From positions 1 through 28,718 of the IMG/VR virus record IMGVR_UViG_3300012000_000097: a stretch of DNA of 28,718 bases. One strand, written 5' to 3'. Under the pieces are notes generated by a model. That model made no database searches and was not told where the DNA came from. It saw only the letters and a list, made by a program, of their open reading frames with translations. Below, one piece after another: positions 1 to 9,507 of the stretch. This stretch comes from a virus (taxonomy: Duplodnaviria; Caudoviricetes). The stretch's first letter is position 1. Every line of letters starts with the position of its first letter. A program made the translations under genes and the position numbers.

Positions 1-1
1 G

Positions 2-241
2 TACCTATTCGCAGAAGGTTCATTCTTGTTCCTTGATGGCGGTACTCTTGACCTCGGAATCATCCGCGATTCATCTCTAGTCGGTACAAACGACTACAAG
101 ATGTTCGTTGAAACATTCGAGAACGTAGCATTTGTTGGTGTCGAGTCTCTCGCCATCACATCAACCATCTCTGTTAACGGTGTGGCTGCTGCCCTCCGCG
201 ACACAACAGGTGGCGCAACTGCTGCTGCTGTTGAGTACTAA
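2..241 (+). CDS. Major capsid protein, C-terminal fragment (5'-partial; cluster-B-like major capsid 'hexamer' type)
   Basis: Frame is open from position 2 (YLFAEGSFLFLDGGTLDLGIIRDSSLVGTNDYKMFVETFE). This resembles the C-terminus of large actinophage capsid proteins. It uses high-expression codons (TTC/AAC/ATC) and precedes the tail genes. Confidence 0.75.
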   Translation, partial: YLFAEGSFLFLDGGTLDLGIIRDSSLVGTNDYKMFVETFENVAFVGVESLAITSTISVNGVAAALRDTTGGATAAAVEY

Positions 242-304
242 ACCGTACCCAATAGGTAAAAATTAGTTCACTAGGTAACGCTCAAGAGTCAAAGGAGTAG
301 GAAT

Positions 305-1186
305 ATGGCATTTGATGGAGTCTTTGAGGCCCCTAAATTAGTCCCTGCCCCTTGCGGACTCTTGAGCGTTGCCAATGTGACTGAACATGGTGCTCGTGCA
401 AATGACGAGACCTGGGTTCGTGGTTTTGCTCATAAGTTCCATTCTTATGCAACAACACGTTTGTTGACAGAAAATGATGACACTGTTTCTGGTGGAACTT
501 TATTTGATGCATCTGGCGACCCAATTTACGAAAACTATTCACCATTTTTTATTGAATCAGAAGTTTCCCGTAGTGCTCTTGGTGTCCTTGGGGAAGACCG
601 CTTTGACGAAGCACTAAAGAAGTTAGAGGCTGCAACTCAAAAGGCCGTAGAGCGCGAGTTGTGGGCTGGAAGCGCTGCATTAGCAGCATCTAACTCAAAT
701 AACTTTTTAACTAAAACAGGGGCATCTACTATTCCAGTTTCAGGTGCACATTCAGCATCAGATGCTTTGTTCCACTTGGAGCAAGCCATCGCTGAATCAC
801 CAACTGGTACATCTGGAGTCATTCACATGACAAGAGATGTTGCTTCAATTCTTGGAGCAAAACTTGTCTACATTCCAGGAACAGAATCAAAGCCTGGAAG
901 AGTTATGACTCGTCTTGGAACTGATGTAGTAATCGGTTCTGGATATACAGGAGCAGGTCCAGTAGGTAACGCTAATGCAGCAGCATCGCTTACAAATCGC
1001 TGGATGTTTGCCACAGGAGCATTAGAGGTTCACCTAAGTAAGTCAGAGATTGTAAATGAAAATCTCGCTCAGGGTATAAATGCTAGAATTAACGACATGA
1101 TTATCAAGGGCGTCCGTGCTGCTGCGGTCTACTTTGACCCATCTATCCATTTTGCAATGCGGGTAGCAGTACCTGCATTAGCATAA
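305..1186 (+). CDS. Second capsid protein (putative major capsid 'pentamer'/minor capsid protein)
   Basis: 293 aa with RBS AAGGAG. Lies directly after the major capsid gene. Motifs P..GLLSV, VERELW.G, GVIHM, T.LGT.VV.G.GY.G.GP and WMFATG are typical of the second capsid gene in cluster-B-like actinophages. Confidence 0.6.
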   Translation: MAFDGVFEAPKLVPAPCGLLSVANVTEHGARANDETWVRGFAHKFHSYATTRLLTENDDTVSGGTLFDASGDPIYENYSPFFIESEVSRSALGVLGEDRFDEALKKLEAATQKAVERELWAGSAALAASNSNNFLTKTGASTIPVSGAHSASDALFHLEQAIAESPTGTSGVIHMTRDVASILGAKLVYIPGTESKPGRVMTRLGTDVVIGSGYTGAGPVGNANAAASLTNRWMFATGALEVHLSKSEIVNENLAQGINARINDMIIKGVRAAAVYFDPSIHFAMRVAVPALA

Positions 1187-1213
1187 GTAAGAAACTAACT
1201 AAGGAGATACAGA

Positions 1214-2257
1214 ATGGCCACTCAGGACTACGCGGCTTCCGTCCAAGGTGTGGCGATTCGAGTCACACGACTCGACGCCTCGGGTAACCTGCTCACTAAC
1301 GATGGTGACAGTTACACAACCTCGGCGTTCCTTCGCGCTTCATTCACCCCAGAATACGAAGAGGGTGACGAAATTGTTGAGAAGTCAGCCGATGGAACAA
1401 TTTGCGTTTCATACAAGGCACCAGACACACTCAAGCGCATCACTATGGAACTCGCAATTTGCGAACCAGACCCAGAATTAACATCACTTCTTTCAGGTGG
1501 CTTGCTACTTCGTAAGAACTTCGGAACACTTAACGCACCTGATAATCAGTCAGTTGGTTGGGCCGCACCAGCAATTGGCGACAATCCAGCAGGAAACGGT
1601 GTTGCACTAGAAGTTTGGTCATTTGCAGTAAAAGATGGAAAGCGTGCAACAACAAATCCATACTTCTACTGGGTATTTCCATACGTCAAGTTGCGCCAGT
1701 CAGGTGACCGCGTAATTGAAAACGGAATGCTTGCAAACACATTTGAAGGTTACGGCCTTGGAAACCAGTTCTTCGGAACAGGTCCAGATGGTCGTTGGGA
1801 GTATCCAGTTGCAGCAGAGCGTCCATACTCATACGCTCGCGCTTCATGGGCTCCAACAGGTCTCAAGGGCTTCTACGACTGGTTTGACGCTAAGTCAGTA
1901 TCAGTTAGCAACAAGTCTTTGACTTCTAACGTAGCAACTCTTACCACTTCAGCCGCACACGGCTTCCAGATTGGTCAGACAGTTGTTGTTGCTGGCGTAG
2001 ATAGCACATTCAATGGTACTTATCTAATTACCAACAAGACCAACAACACATTCACATATGCTAAGACAGCAACAGATGTTGCTTCTACAGCAGTATCACC
2101 AGTTGGAACAGCAGTTCGCCAGCGTGGTTATACACCTGTAAGCAACTTTGCTTATCAGTCATCTACAACAGCGTATAACGTTCCTGGTGGAATTACTTAC
2201 AACGCTGACTCTCCTGTTGACTTCATTATCGCTTCATCACAGGACCCTGTAGCCTAA
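1214..2257 (+). CDS. Major tail (tube) protein with an inserted C-terminal beta module
   Basis: RBS AAGGAG. Actinophage tail-tube motifs IRVTRLDA.G, EYEEGDEI..K.A.G.ICV and YWVFP. High-expression codon bias. Followed by a terminator. Confidence 0.85.
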   Translation: MATQDYAASVQGVAIRVTRLDASGNLLTNDGDSYTTSAFLRASFTPEYEEGDEIVEKSADGTICVSYKAPDTLKRITMELAICEPDPELTSLLSGGLLLRKNFGTLNAPDNQSVGWAAPAIGDNPAGNGVALEVWSFAVKDGKRATTNPYFYWVFPYVKLRQSGDRVIENGMLANTFEGYGLGNQFFGTGPDGRWEYPVAAERPYSYARASWAPTGLKGFYDWFDAKSVSVSNKSLTSNVATLTTSAAHGFQIGQTVVVAGVDSTFNGTYLITNKTNNTFTYAKTATDVASTAVSPVGTAVRQRGYTPVSNFAYQSSTTAYNVPGGITYNADSPVDFIIASSQDPVA

Positions 2258-2261
2258 TAGT

Positions 2262-2325
2262 AAAAAGGAGGGCGGACGACATTCCAGTCGTGTATTTTTA
2301 CACAAGGAAGTCGTCCGCTCTTTTT
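2262..2325 (+). terminator. Intrinsic terminator (long interrupted hairpin, possibly bidirectional)
   Basis: GGGCGGACGAC pairs with GTCGTCCGCTC, with inner TTCC/GGAA and GTGTA/TACAC stems. It is flanked by AAAAA and TTTTT and follows the tail tube gene. Confidence 0.8.
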
Positions 2326-2343
2326 AATTAAAGTAGGAGAACC

Positions 2344-3483
2344 ATGAGCCATCTTTGGACTAACGCGGAAGACCTAGGGTCTTACGCTAACTCTGAGTAC
2401 GCCTATGACGCTGTAAAGACAGCCTCTTATCTCCTATGGGCAATGTCAGGACGCAAGTACTCTGGAACAACTACAGTTACAGAGCGTTATATATCGTCTT
2501 TTTCTCCTTACCTGAGAGTGGGGGCCTCAAGCCTTAACTTCTCTCCGGTACTTGTACAGGGGCAGGTTCAGAACGTTCAGGTGAACGTTTTTGGTAGATA
2601 CAACGATAGCGATTTTGCAGGAGATGGTTCATCTGCTGCAACTCGTGTGCGTTTGCGTGGGCGCAAAGTAATTAAAATCCACACAGTCAGAGACATTAAG
2701 GGAAATGTCGTAGACCCTAAAGAATATTATTTAGTTGAGCATTCAACAATGCTTGCAATTCCTGGAGCAAGTTGGACTCCATCTAACGTGGAAGTTACAT
2801 ATACCTATGGAACAGAGCCACCTACAGCAGGTAAAAATGCTGCTCGTATGCTTGCAATTGAACTTGTTAAGTTGTACGAAGGTGACGATACCTGCGCTCT
2901 TCCACAGCGTGTAACTTCAGTATCTCGTCAAGGAGTTTCTTACACAATCCTTGACCAACAAGATTTTATTGACCAAGGCAAGACTGGTCTATATGCAGTT
3001 GACCTATTTCTAAAGACTACTAACCCAGACAACGCTCGTGCTCGTTCACGAGTATTTTCTCCTGACCAGCCTCGTGCTCGTCGTATGACACCTAAGCCAT
3101 ACCTATTTACTGAAACAGCCTTTGACCTTAAGGTTCTTCCTACTGGTGGAGATACCGAAATTTTCCTTGATGAAGTAAGCGGAGATTTCTTACTTGACGA
3201 TAATGCATGGCAGGTATCTTTGACTGTTTCAGATTACACAAACTCTAAAACAGTAAGCATTCCTAACGGGGCAACTCTTAATCGTGCTACTGGAAAGATT
3301 GCCTTATCTGTAAATTACAGCGATATTCTTGCTATTCTTGGACCTCGTGAGCCAGGAAGTTTTGATATTTATTGCACTCGACCAAGTCTAGGCAACCCTG
3401 CCGTTGACGAAGTTATCAACCTTCTTACAGCAAACATCTCTATTCAACTCGGAACACGAACAGAGACCATCTATACTTTCTAA
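2344..3483 (+). CDS. Head-to-tail adaptor with C-terminal extension
   Basis: Motifs AS..LWA.SGR.YSG, VTYTYG..PP..G..AA..LA.EL and CALPQRVTSVSRQGVSY are characteristic of actinophage adaptors. RBS AGGAG. Confidence 0.75.
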   Translation: MSHLWTNAEDLGSYANSEYAYDAVKTASYLLWAMSGRKYSGTTTVTERYISSFSPYLRVGASSLNFSPVLVQGQVQNVQVNVFGRYNDSDFAGDGSSAATRVRLRGRKVIKIHTVRDIKGNVVDPKEYYLVEHSTMLAIPGASWTPSNVEVTYTYGTEPPTAGKNAARMLAIELVKLYEGDDTCALPQRVTSVSRQGVSYTILDQQDFIDQGKTGLYAVDLFLKTTNPDNARARSRVFSPDQPRARRMTPKPYLFTETAFDLKVLPTGGDTEIFLDEVSGDFLLDDNAWQVSLTVSDYTNSKTVSIPNGATLNRATGKIALSVNYSDILAILGPREPGSFDIYCTRPSLGNPAVDEVINLLTANISIQLGTRTETIYTF

Positions 3484-3510
3484 GTATAAAAGTTTAAGAA
3501 GGAGAGACAT

Positions 3511-4017
3511 ATGAGTGGATTACCAGACCTTTCGCAGGTAGATGACGATGCCAAGCATCTTGCTGACTTTTTAGAAGCCGTACTTAATAAAGTTGTTTCG
3601 ACTTATGCTTCATACAATATGCCACTTCCAGCACGACGCTACTGGACTTTAGGCGAACCAGTTATTGATTGCGAACAACTTGTAGTATCTTTTCTTCAGA
3701 TGTATGTTGGTTCTCCAGGTGATGAAGCAACAACTCCTCGCAGATGCGCTGACCCACGAAGTGCAACAATAAATATTTCTGTATCTCGTCAAATCCCAAC
3801 AGTAGGACAAAATGGTCGCCCACCATCAGCAGAAACAATTGAGGCTGGCTCTCGTCTGTCTGCTTACGATGCCTGGGTGATGATGGAAGGTGCTGCAAAG
3901 TTTGACGCATGGGAAGAAACAGGTTTTGGTCTTGGCGTTATCGCTACAGTAGAGGTAAGAACCGCTGAGGGCGGTTTTCAGACTACAGTATTAACTATGA
4001 CTGCTGGTGTTCCATAA
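3511..4017 (+). CDS. Head-tail connector / tail terminator-like protein
   Basis: 168 aa located in the neck cluster, with DC.QL.V and EGG motifs. RBS AAGGAG. Confidence 0.5.
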   Translation: MSGLPDLSQVDDDAKHLADFLEAVLNKVVSTYASYNMPLPARRYWTLGEPVIDCEQLVVSFLQMYVGSPGDEATTPRRCADPRSATINISVSRQIPTVGQNGRPPSAETIEAGSRLSAYDAWVMMEGAAKFDAWEETGFGLGVIATVEVRTAEGGFQTTVLTMTAGVP

Positions 4018-4406
4018 TGGCAACAACTGTTGTTCTTAGAAAAGCAGAATATGAATTTTTCTTTAATGAACCTGCTGGAAAAGTTGGGAGACATCTTGCT
4101 CTTAGAGGTGGACTAATTGTTCGTGCCGCTAAAGCGCAAGTAGGTGTAAGAACGGGTGCTTTAAGAGCATCAATTCATATGCGCCACTCTAGAGATACTA
4201 GAGGTCAATACATTAGAATTGGTTCGGCTTTGAACTACGCACTCCTTCATCACGAAGGAAGCAAACCACATATGATTAAGCCTGATAGGGCTCAAGTCTT
4301 GCGGTTTGTTAGTCGTGGAAAAGTTATGTATGCCCATGCGGTCATGCATCCAGGAACCAAACCTAATCGTTATTTAACAGATAACTTAGGTCTAGCGGTA
4401 TCATAA
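4017..4406 (+). CDS. HK97 gp10-like neck/tail completion protein
   Basis: Motifs VRTGALRASI, YA..HHEG.KPH.I.P and HPGTKPN.YL. Coupled to the upstream gene by a TAATG overlap. Confidence 0.75.
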   Translation: MATTVVLRKAEYEFFFNEPAGKVGRHLALRGGLIVRAAKAQVGVRTGALRASIHMRHSRDTRGQYIRIGSALNYALLHHEGSKPHMIKPDRAQVLRFVSRGKVMYAHAVMHPGTKPNRYLTDNLGLAVS

Positions 4407-4409
4407 ACC

Positions 4410-4433
4410 TGTTATTTACATAAGTAAATAACA
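4410..4433. promoter_or_regulatory. Perfect 10-bp inverted repeat TGTTATTTAC-ATAA-GTAAATAACA
   Basis: Seen directly in the intergenic gap before the tail chaperone gene. Function unknown. Confidence 0.45.
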
Positions 4434-4459
4434 AAAGACATACGATAAGGATAAAAGAT

Positions 4460-4813
4460 ATGACGACAGCACGATTTAGAGATTTTGGTTCGGGTGGCGA
4501 AAACACCTCTACACCACTTTCTTTTAAACTTCATGGAGAAGAATTTCATTGCTATCCAAACATTCAAGGAAAAGTAATGTTAGATATGGTTTCTCAGTCA
4601 ATGAAACAAGATTCTGCTATGGCAGTAGATGTTATTAATACATTCTTTGACAACACTCTTCAGCCAGAAAGCAAAACTAGATTTGACGCTTTAATTAGTG
4701 ACCCAGAGCGAATTGTTACGGTTGACACCCTTGGCGAAATTGTTACTTGGTTGGTGGAGCAGTATTCCTCGCGCCCTACTCAGGGGTCAGAGGACTCACA
4801 GAGTGGGCAGTAG
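4460..4813 (+). CDS. Tail assembly chaperone (gpG-like)
   Basis: 117 aa, upstream of the tape measure gene. Ends ...WLVEQYSSRPT. Overlaps the next ORF, which lies in the -1 frame. Confidence 0.75.
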   Translation: MTTARFRDFGSGGENTSTPLSFKLHGEEFHCYPNIQGKVMLDMVSQSMKQDSAMAVDVINTFFDNTLQPESKTRFDALISDPERIVTVDTLGEIVTWLVEQYSSRPTQGSEDSQSGQ

Positions 4814-5202
4814 ACCTCTGGCCCTACGTTAACGGTAAAGCACTGATGAGCGGCCTACAACTCTCTTCTATGGAATCAAGTCAAATGCTTGATGTAATCC
4901 ATTATATTTTTGAAGAAGACTTGACCAACTCATCAACTGCTGAACAAGTTGAAGCAAAAGATAAAGTTAGAAGCATCATATATCGAGACTTTTACGACCA
5001 TAACTATAAATACGGGTCTGGAAGAACAGATTATAATATGTCTAACGAGATTTTACAAGAAGGTCTTGTTGGAGACGAAGAAGACGAATTGAAGCCCTTT
5101 GACCCTACAAAGGCTCCTATTAAGCCTTACTTTGCCCCAACAAATCCTGATGAAAAATCTGCCAAACCTTTTGGTATGAACATTGATGCCCCGCTGGGCT
5201 AA
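4747..5202 (+). CDS. Tail assembly chaperone extension (gpGT-like, probably reached by -1 frameshift)
   Basis: Lies in the -1 frame, overlaps the previous ORF by 67 nt, has no convincing RBS or start, and sits immediately before the tape measure gene. Confidence 0.6.
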   Translation: MVGGAVFLAPYSGVRGLTEWAVDLWPYVNGKALMSGLQLSSMESSQMLDVIHYIFEEDLTNSSTAEQVEAKDKVRSIIYRDFYDHNYKYGSGRTDYNMSNEILQEGLVGDEEDELKPFDPTKAPIKPYFAPTNPDEKSAKPFGMNIDAPLG

Positions 5203-5224
5203 GTAGTAGATTGGTGGTGATGGT

Positions 5225-8200
5225 GTGGCTGTAGTCGGTGATGCATATGTTGTTGTCCACGCCATCACTTCTGGTGTCAAGCGGGACATTGAAAATGGTT
5301 TTAAAGGTGTTGACCAAGTTGGAGAACGTGTTGGTTCTCGTTTAGGTCGAACAATAAGTGCTGGTATGTCAAATGCCATGCCAAAAAACAACAATATGTT
5401 TTTTACTGCTGCTCTACAGGCGCAATCTATTGCAGCAGCCGATGCTTTTTCTAGTTTAACAAGGGCTGGCTATGTTCTTGCTCCAGCAATTACTGCTGTA
5501 GTTGGTGCAGTAGGTGCTTTAGGTAATGGATTAATTTCTTTAGTCGGAGTTCTTGGAGCCGCGGCACCTGCCGCAGCAGTTCTTGCAAACGGGATGTTTG
5601 GTCTCTTACAGGTTCTTAGCACAGTAAAAATTGCATTTAATGGTGTATCTGAAGCCATCAGTGCTGGCCTTAAAAATCAAAAGAAGTCTGTTTCTAATGC
5701 AAGAGCCATTGCAAAAGCACAGTTAGCAGTTGAGAGAGCAACAGAAGATTTAGCACTTTCATATAGAGATGCTTCTGCCTCTAATGAAAGAGCAATTCAT
5801 GCTGAAGAGCAAGCACAGATTGCACTTAATAAGGCTCGTGAAGATGCAATGGAGCAACTTCAGCAACTTGCCTTTGATTCAGAAGATGCTGCTATTAATG
5901 AGCAAAAGGCTGCTCTTGAATTGGAAAAGGCTCGTGAAACTCTTGCTCGTGTTTCTGACCTTCCACCAAACTCTCGTGCTCGTAAAGAAGCAGAACTTGC
6001 ATTTGCACAGGCTGACCTCAACTACCGTCGTGCTATTGATAAAAACAATGACCTTAAAAAGACAGAAGCAAAAAATGCTGCAATGGGTACAGGAAGTATC
6101 GAAGACCAAATTAAAGGTCAAAAGAGTGTTATGGATGCTGATTACGAGGCAAAACAAGCATCTATTAATACAACAAAGACACGAGAAGATAATGAATTAA
6201 GACTTGCTCGTGCTACTGAAGACTTAAAGATTCAGATGGAGGACCTTGCTAACCTCCAAATGGGGCCAGGTTTTGATGCTTTCCAAGACGCATTAAATAA
6301 TCTTCCAGAATCTGCTCAAAAATTTGTTAAATACATTATTAGTCTTCGAGATGAGTTAAAGGGACTTCAAACAGCAATTGGAGACGAACTATTCCCTAAA
6401 CTTGAAGAGGCAATAGATAAACTTGTAACAAAACTTCTTCCTAGACTTAAGCCTCTTTTTGCTGAGACTGGCAGCGTGCTCGGAGATGTTGCAAATAAAA
6501 TTGCTGATGTACTTACTAGAGCAGACAATCTAGACCGTATTGAAAGAATTTGGAAGACAAATGACGAGGCTTTACTTATATTTGGCGATACTATTGCTAA
6601 TCTTATTGATTCATTTTTACTTATTGCAGACGCTGCTCGCCCTCTTGTTATCGAGTTTGCTAACTGGACTAAAAACATTACTGGAGCGTGGAAAGCCACT
6701 CTTGAGGCTGACACAAAGTCTGGAAAACTTGCTTCTACTTTAGAGACAGCAGCAGAGGTAGTACGCAGACTTGGAAAACTTTTCCGTGAAACTTTTGGTG
6801 CAATTGGGACTTTAATTAAAGCAAACGTTGGAGAAGGAAGTGGCGGTTTTTACCTTCTTGATTATCTAACAAATGCTGCAACTAAGTTAAAAAATCTTAC
6901 AGAAGTTGATGGCAAGCCTCTTAAAGAATTCTTCCTTCAAGGTGCAATTAATGCTGGAAAGTTATTAGACGTTCTTGGTGGTCTTTTAGGGATAATTTTA
7001 AAAATTGGCGCAAGTAAGGGAATGGAAGGGTTCCTTGATGCTTTAAAGGGTGCAATGCCTGACATAGATGCTATTGGTAAAGCACTTGCAGACAGTCTTC
7101 CAGCATTTGGAAAGTTTATTGCCGAGTTTATTAGATTTGTAAAAACCGTTACAGACAGCGGTGCAATAGTAATATTCTTTAATACTCTAAGAACAGCCTT
7201 AAAGTTTGTAACTGATTTCTTAAATACAGATTTTGGTCAGGGACTATTAAGAGCAACAGCAGTAGTTTTACCGTTTGTTTTAGCATTAAAAACTATTGGT
7301 CAAGGAGCAGAATTTTTTGGCAAAGTAGTTTATGGAAACTTCTTAAAACTTAAAGGTGGAGTAGAAGCACTAGCCGCTGCTCCAGCAAAATTGTCTCAGG
7401 CATGGGCGGAACTGACATACACCTCTGGGATTGCTGGCAGGGCTCAGTTGGCTCTTGCACCTATTTTTGGTGCTGGCATGGGACCAATTATTGCAATTGT
7501 AGCCGCTGTTGCTGCTTTAGTTGCAATATTTATTGGTATGTATCAAAACAGCGAAACTCTAAGAAAAGCATTAAAAGATTTAGTTGATGGTGTATTTAAA
7601 GAACTTCAAGCATCATTTAAACAAATTATGGATGCTATTAAGATGGTATTTCCACAGATTAGTGGATTAAAAGATATTTTTAAAACAATGGGCGATTTTG
7701 TTGGTAAGTATATAGTTCCTTTATTTAAAGTTATTCTTGTGAATGCTATAGACACTCTTTCTGACATTATTTCAGGAGTAATTAAAGTTGTTGCTGGTTT
7801 GTGGTACATATTTACTGACCCAATTAAGGGAGTAAAACTTTTATTATCTGGATTCTTGGACTTCTTTAAAGCATTCTTCATTAACCCCATTACTAGCATA
7901 ATTAAGCAGGTAAATATATTTGGTCCATTGGGGGATGGATTTAAGGCTGTCATAAATAAAATGATTGGCTGGTGGAACAGTTTTAAACTTGAACTTAGAG
8001 TCCCAGACAATGCTGTAACTAAATTTTTAGGTATTGGTGGTAAAGGGTTTACAATTCAAGCACCATATGTTGAACCTTTTGCTAGTGGCGGAATAGTTCA
8101 ACCATCTGTAGGTGGAACTTTGGCAAGAATTGGTGAAGCAGGTAGGCCAGAGCGTGTTGAACCTCTTGACCCAGATGGTCTATCAAAACGCGATAAGGCA

Positions 8201-8335
8201 ATGATTGATTACATGGGCGGTGCTGGTAAGGGCATAACTATTGTTGTAAATCCTTCTGCTGGAATGGATGAGCGTGAACTTGCAGCAATTGTCTCTCGTC
8301 AACTTTCATATGCAATGCGTAAGGGAGCAGCATAA
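5225..8335 (+). CDS. Tape measure protein
   Basis: 1036 aa, Ala/Gly/Leu-rich, with coiled-coil and amphipathic helical repeats and a C-terminal FASGGIV...IGEAGRPE.V.PL motif. GTG start with GGTGA SD. Confidence 0.93.
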   Translation: MAVVGDAYVVVHAITSGVKRDIENGFKGVDQVGERVGSRLGRTISAGMSNAMPKNNNMFFTAALQAQSIAAADAFSSLTRAGYVLAPAITAVVGAVGALGNGLISLVGVLGAAAPAAAVLANGMFGLLQVLSTVKIAFNGVSEAISAGLKNQKKSVSNARAIAKAQLAVERATEDLALSYRDASASNERAIHAEEQAQIALNKAREDAMEQLQQLAFDSEDAAINEQKAALELEKARETLARVSDLPPNSRARKEAELAFAQADLNYRRAIDKNNDLKKTEAKNAAMGTGSIEDQIKGQKSVMDADYEAKQASINTTKTREDNELRLARATEDLKIQMEDLANLQMGPGFDAFQDALNNLPESAQKFVKYIISLRDELKGLQTAIGDELFPKLEEAIDKLVTKLLPRLKPLFAETGSVLGDVANKIADVLTRADNLDRIERIWKTNDEALLIFGDTIANLIDSFLLIADAARPLVIEFANWTKNITGAWKATLEADTKSGKLASTLETAAEVVRRLGKLFRETFGAIGTLIKANVGEGSGGFYLLDYLTNAATKLKNLTEVDGKPLKEFFLQGAINAGKLLDVLGGLLGIILKIGASKGMEGFLDALKGAMPDIDAIGKALADSLPAFGKFIAEFIRFVKTVTDSGAIVIFFNTLRTALKFVTDFLNTDFGQGLLRATAVVLPFVLALKTIGQGAEFFGKVVYGNFLKLKGGVEALAAAPAKLSQAWAELTYTSGIAGRAQLALAPIFGAGMGPIIAIVAAVAALVAIFIGMYQNSETLRKALKDLVDGVFKELQASFKQIMDAIKMVFPQISGLKDIFKTMGDFVGKYIVPLFKVILVNAIDTLSDIISGVIKVVAGLWYIFTDPIKGVKLLLSGFLDFFKAFFINPITSIIKQVNIFGPLGDGFKAVINKMIGWWNSFKLELRVPDNAVTKFLGIGGKGFTIQAPYVEPFASGGIVQPSVGGTLARIGEAGRPERVEPLDPDGLSKRDKAMIDYMGGAGKGITIVVNPSAGMDERELAAIVSRQLSYAMRKGAA

Positions 8336-9480
8336 TGGCACAACTTAATCAAGCACAGAAAAATAGGATTACACAGCAAGCACTGACACCACTTCCACAA
8401 CCGCACCTAACAGGTATGAAGTTGCAGGAAGACATTGCACTTAATGACTTTGTATTTAATACCGTTGATGACTACGGTGTTCTTTGGGTAATTACTGATA
8501 TTAAAGGTTGGTGGAACCCGCCAGCACCTGATATGCCAGACATTAAGCGTGGCTGGGCGGATGGTTCTTATGATGTAAAAGGTCGCTACAACGCTCGTGA
8601 TTTAACTTTAGAAGGCTCTATTCTCTGTACTGACCCGTCATTAGCAGCAGAGGCTCGACGACGCCTAGTTGCTCAAATTAACTTAGTAAGGCAAGGAGGC
8701 TGGTTAAAGACAAATGAAAACCCAATTAAAGCATCTTGGGTTCGCCTTAGTGGAGAGCCAAACTTTGAGACAGTCAGTGCTCGTGGTCGAATTGATTTTT
8801 CCATCGGTCTTCGTGCTGCTGACCCTATAAAGTATTCTTGGAATGAATTAGATAATCAAGGATATAACGTAGAAGAAATTCTTGCTAAATCTGCAACTCC
8901 AGTAAGAAGCGGTAAGTCAGTTCTTACAAACGAAGGTGACTACCCTGTTAGCGCTTATTTTAGAATTACTGGGCCTATTACTGGTCCAGCAGTTATTCTT
9001 AATGAAACAAATGGCGAATATATGACTATTGTTGAGCCACTGAGAACAATAGTCTCTGGCTCAATTATCTCTAAGTCTATTACTGGTGGAGTTGTAACTC
9101 TTACTACATCTACTGCTCATATTTTGCAAGTAGGAGATTCTGTGGAAGTGTTTAGTCTTGGCGCTGGTATTGATGGCGACAGATATATCACGGCAAGAAC
9201 AAGTAATACATTTACTTTTATTGGAACTGCTAGCGACACTCTTAACGTAGTTTCTGTAAGCGGAACATATACTTTTGGACCAGACATACTTGAAATTGAC
9301 ACATACAACCGAGAAACTGCTCTTAACGGAGAATACTACGGTGCTCGTATGAAACTAGAAGTTTATAATGACTGGATTACTTTATCTCCAGGAGAGAATG
9401 TTATTAGTTTCTACGACAATGGAAACGCAAACTCGACTGCTAAACTATCCGTGGAATATCGCTCTGGCTGGCTAGCGTAA
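8335..9480 (+). CDS. Distal tail (Dit-like) minor tail protein with an inserted beta module
   Basis: Directly after the tape measure gene. Dit-like motifs GWW, R.LTLEG, L.A.DP.KY, N.G..P, W..L.PGEN and YRSGW. Confidence 0.8.
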   Translation: MAQLNQAQKNRITQQALTPLPQPHLTGMKLQEDIALNDFVFNTVDDYGVLWVITDIKGWWNPPAPDMPDIKRGWADGSYDVKGRYNARDLTLEGSILCTDPSLAAEARRRLVAQINLVRQGGWLKTNENPIKASWVRLSGEPNFETVSARGRIDFSIGLRAADPIKYSWNELDNQGYNVEEILAKSATPVRSGKSVLTNEGDYPVSAYFRITGPITGPAVILNETNGEYMTIVEPLRTIVSGSIISKSITGGVVTLTTSTAHILQVGDSVEVFSLGAGIDGDRYITARTSNTFTFIGTASDTLNVVSVSGTYTFGPDILEIDTYNRETALNGEYYGARMKLEVYNDWITLSPGENVISFYDNGNANSTAKLSVEYRSGWLA

Positions 9481-9507
9481 TACTAAACGACACGAGGAAA
9501 AGACGAC

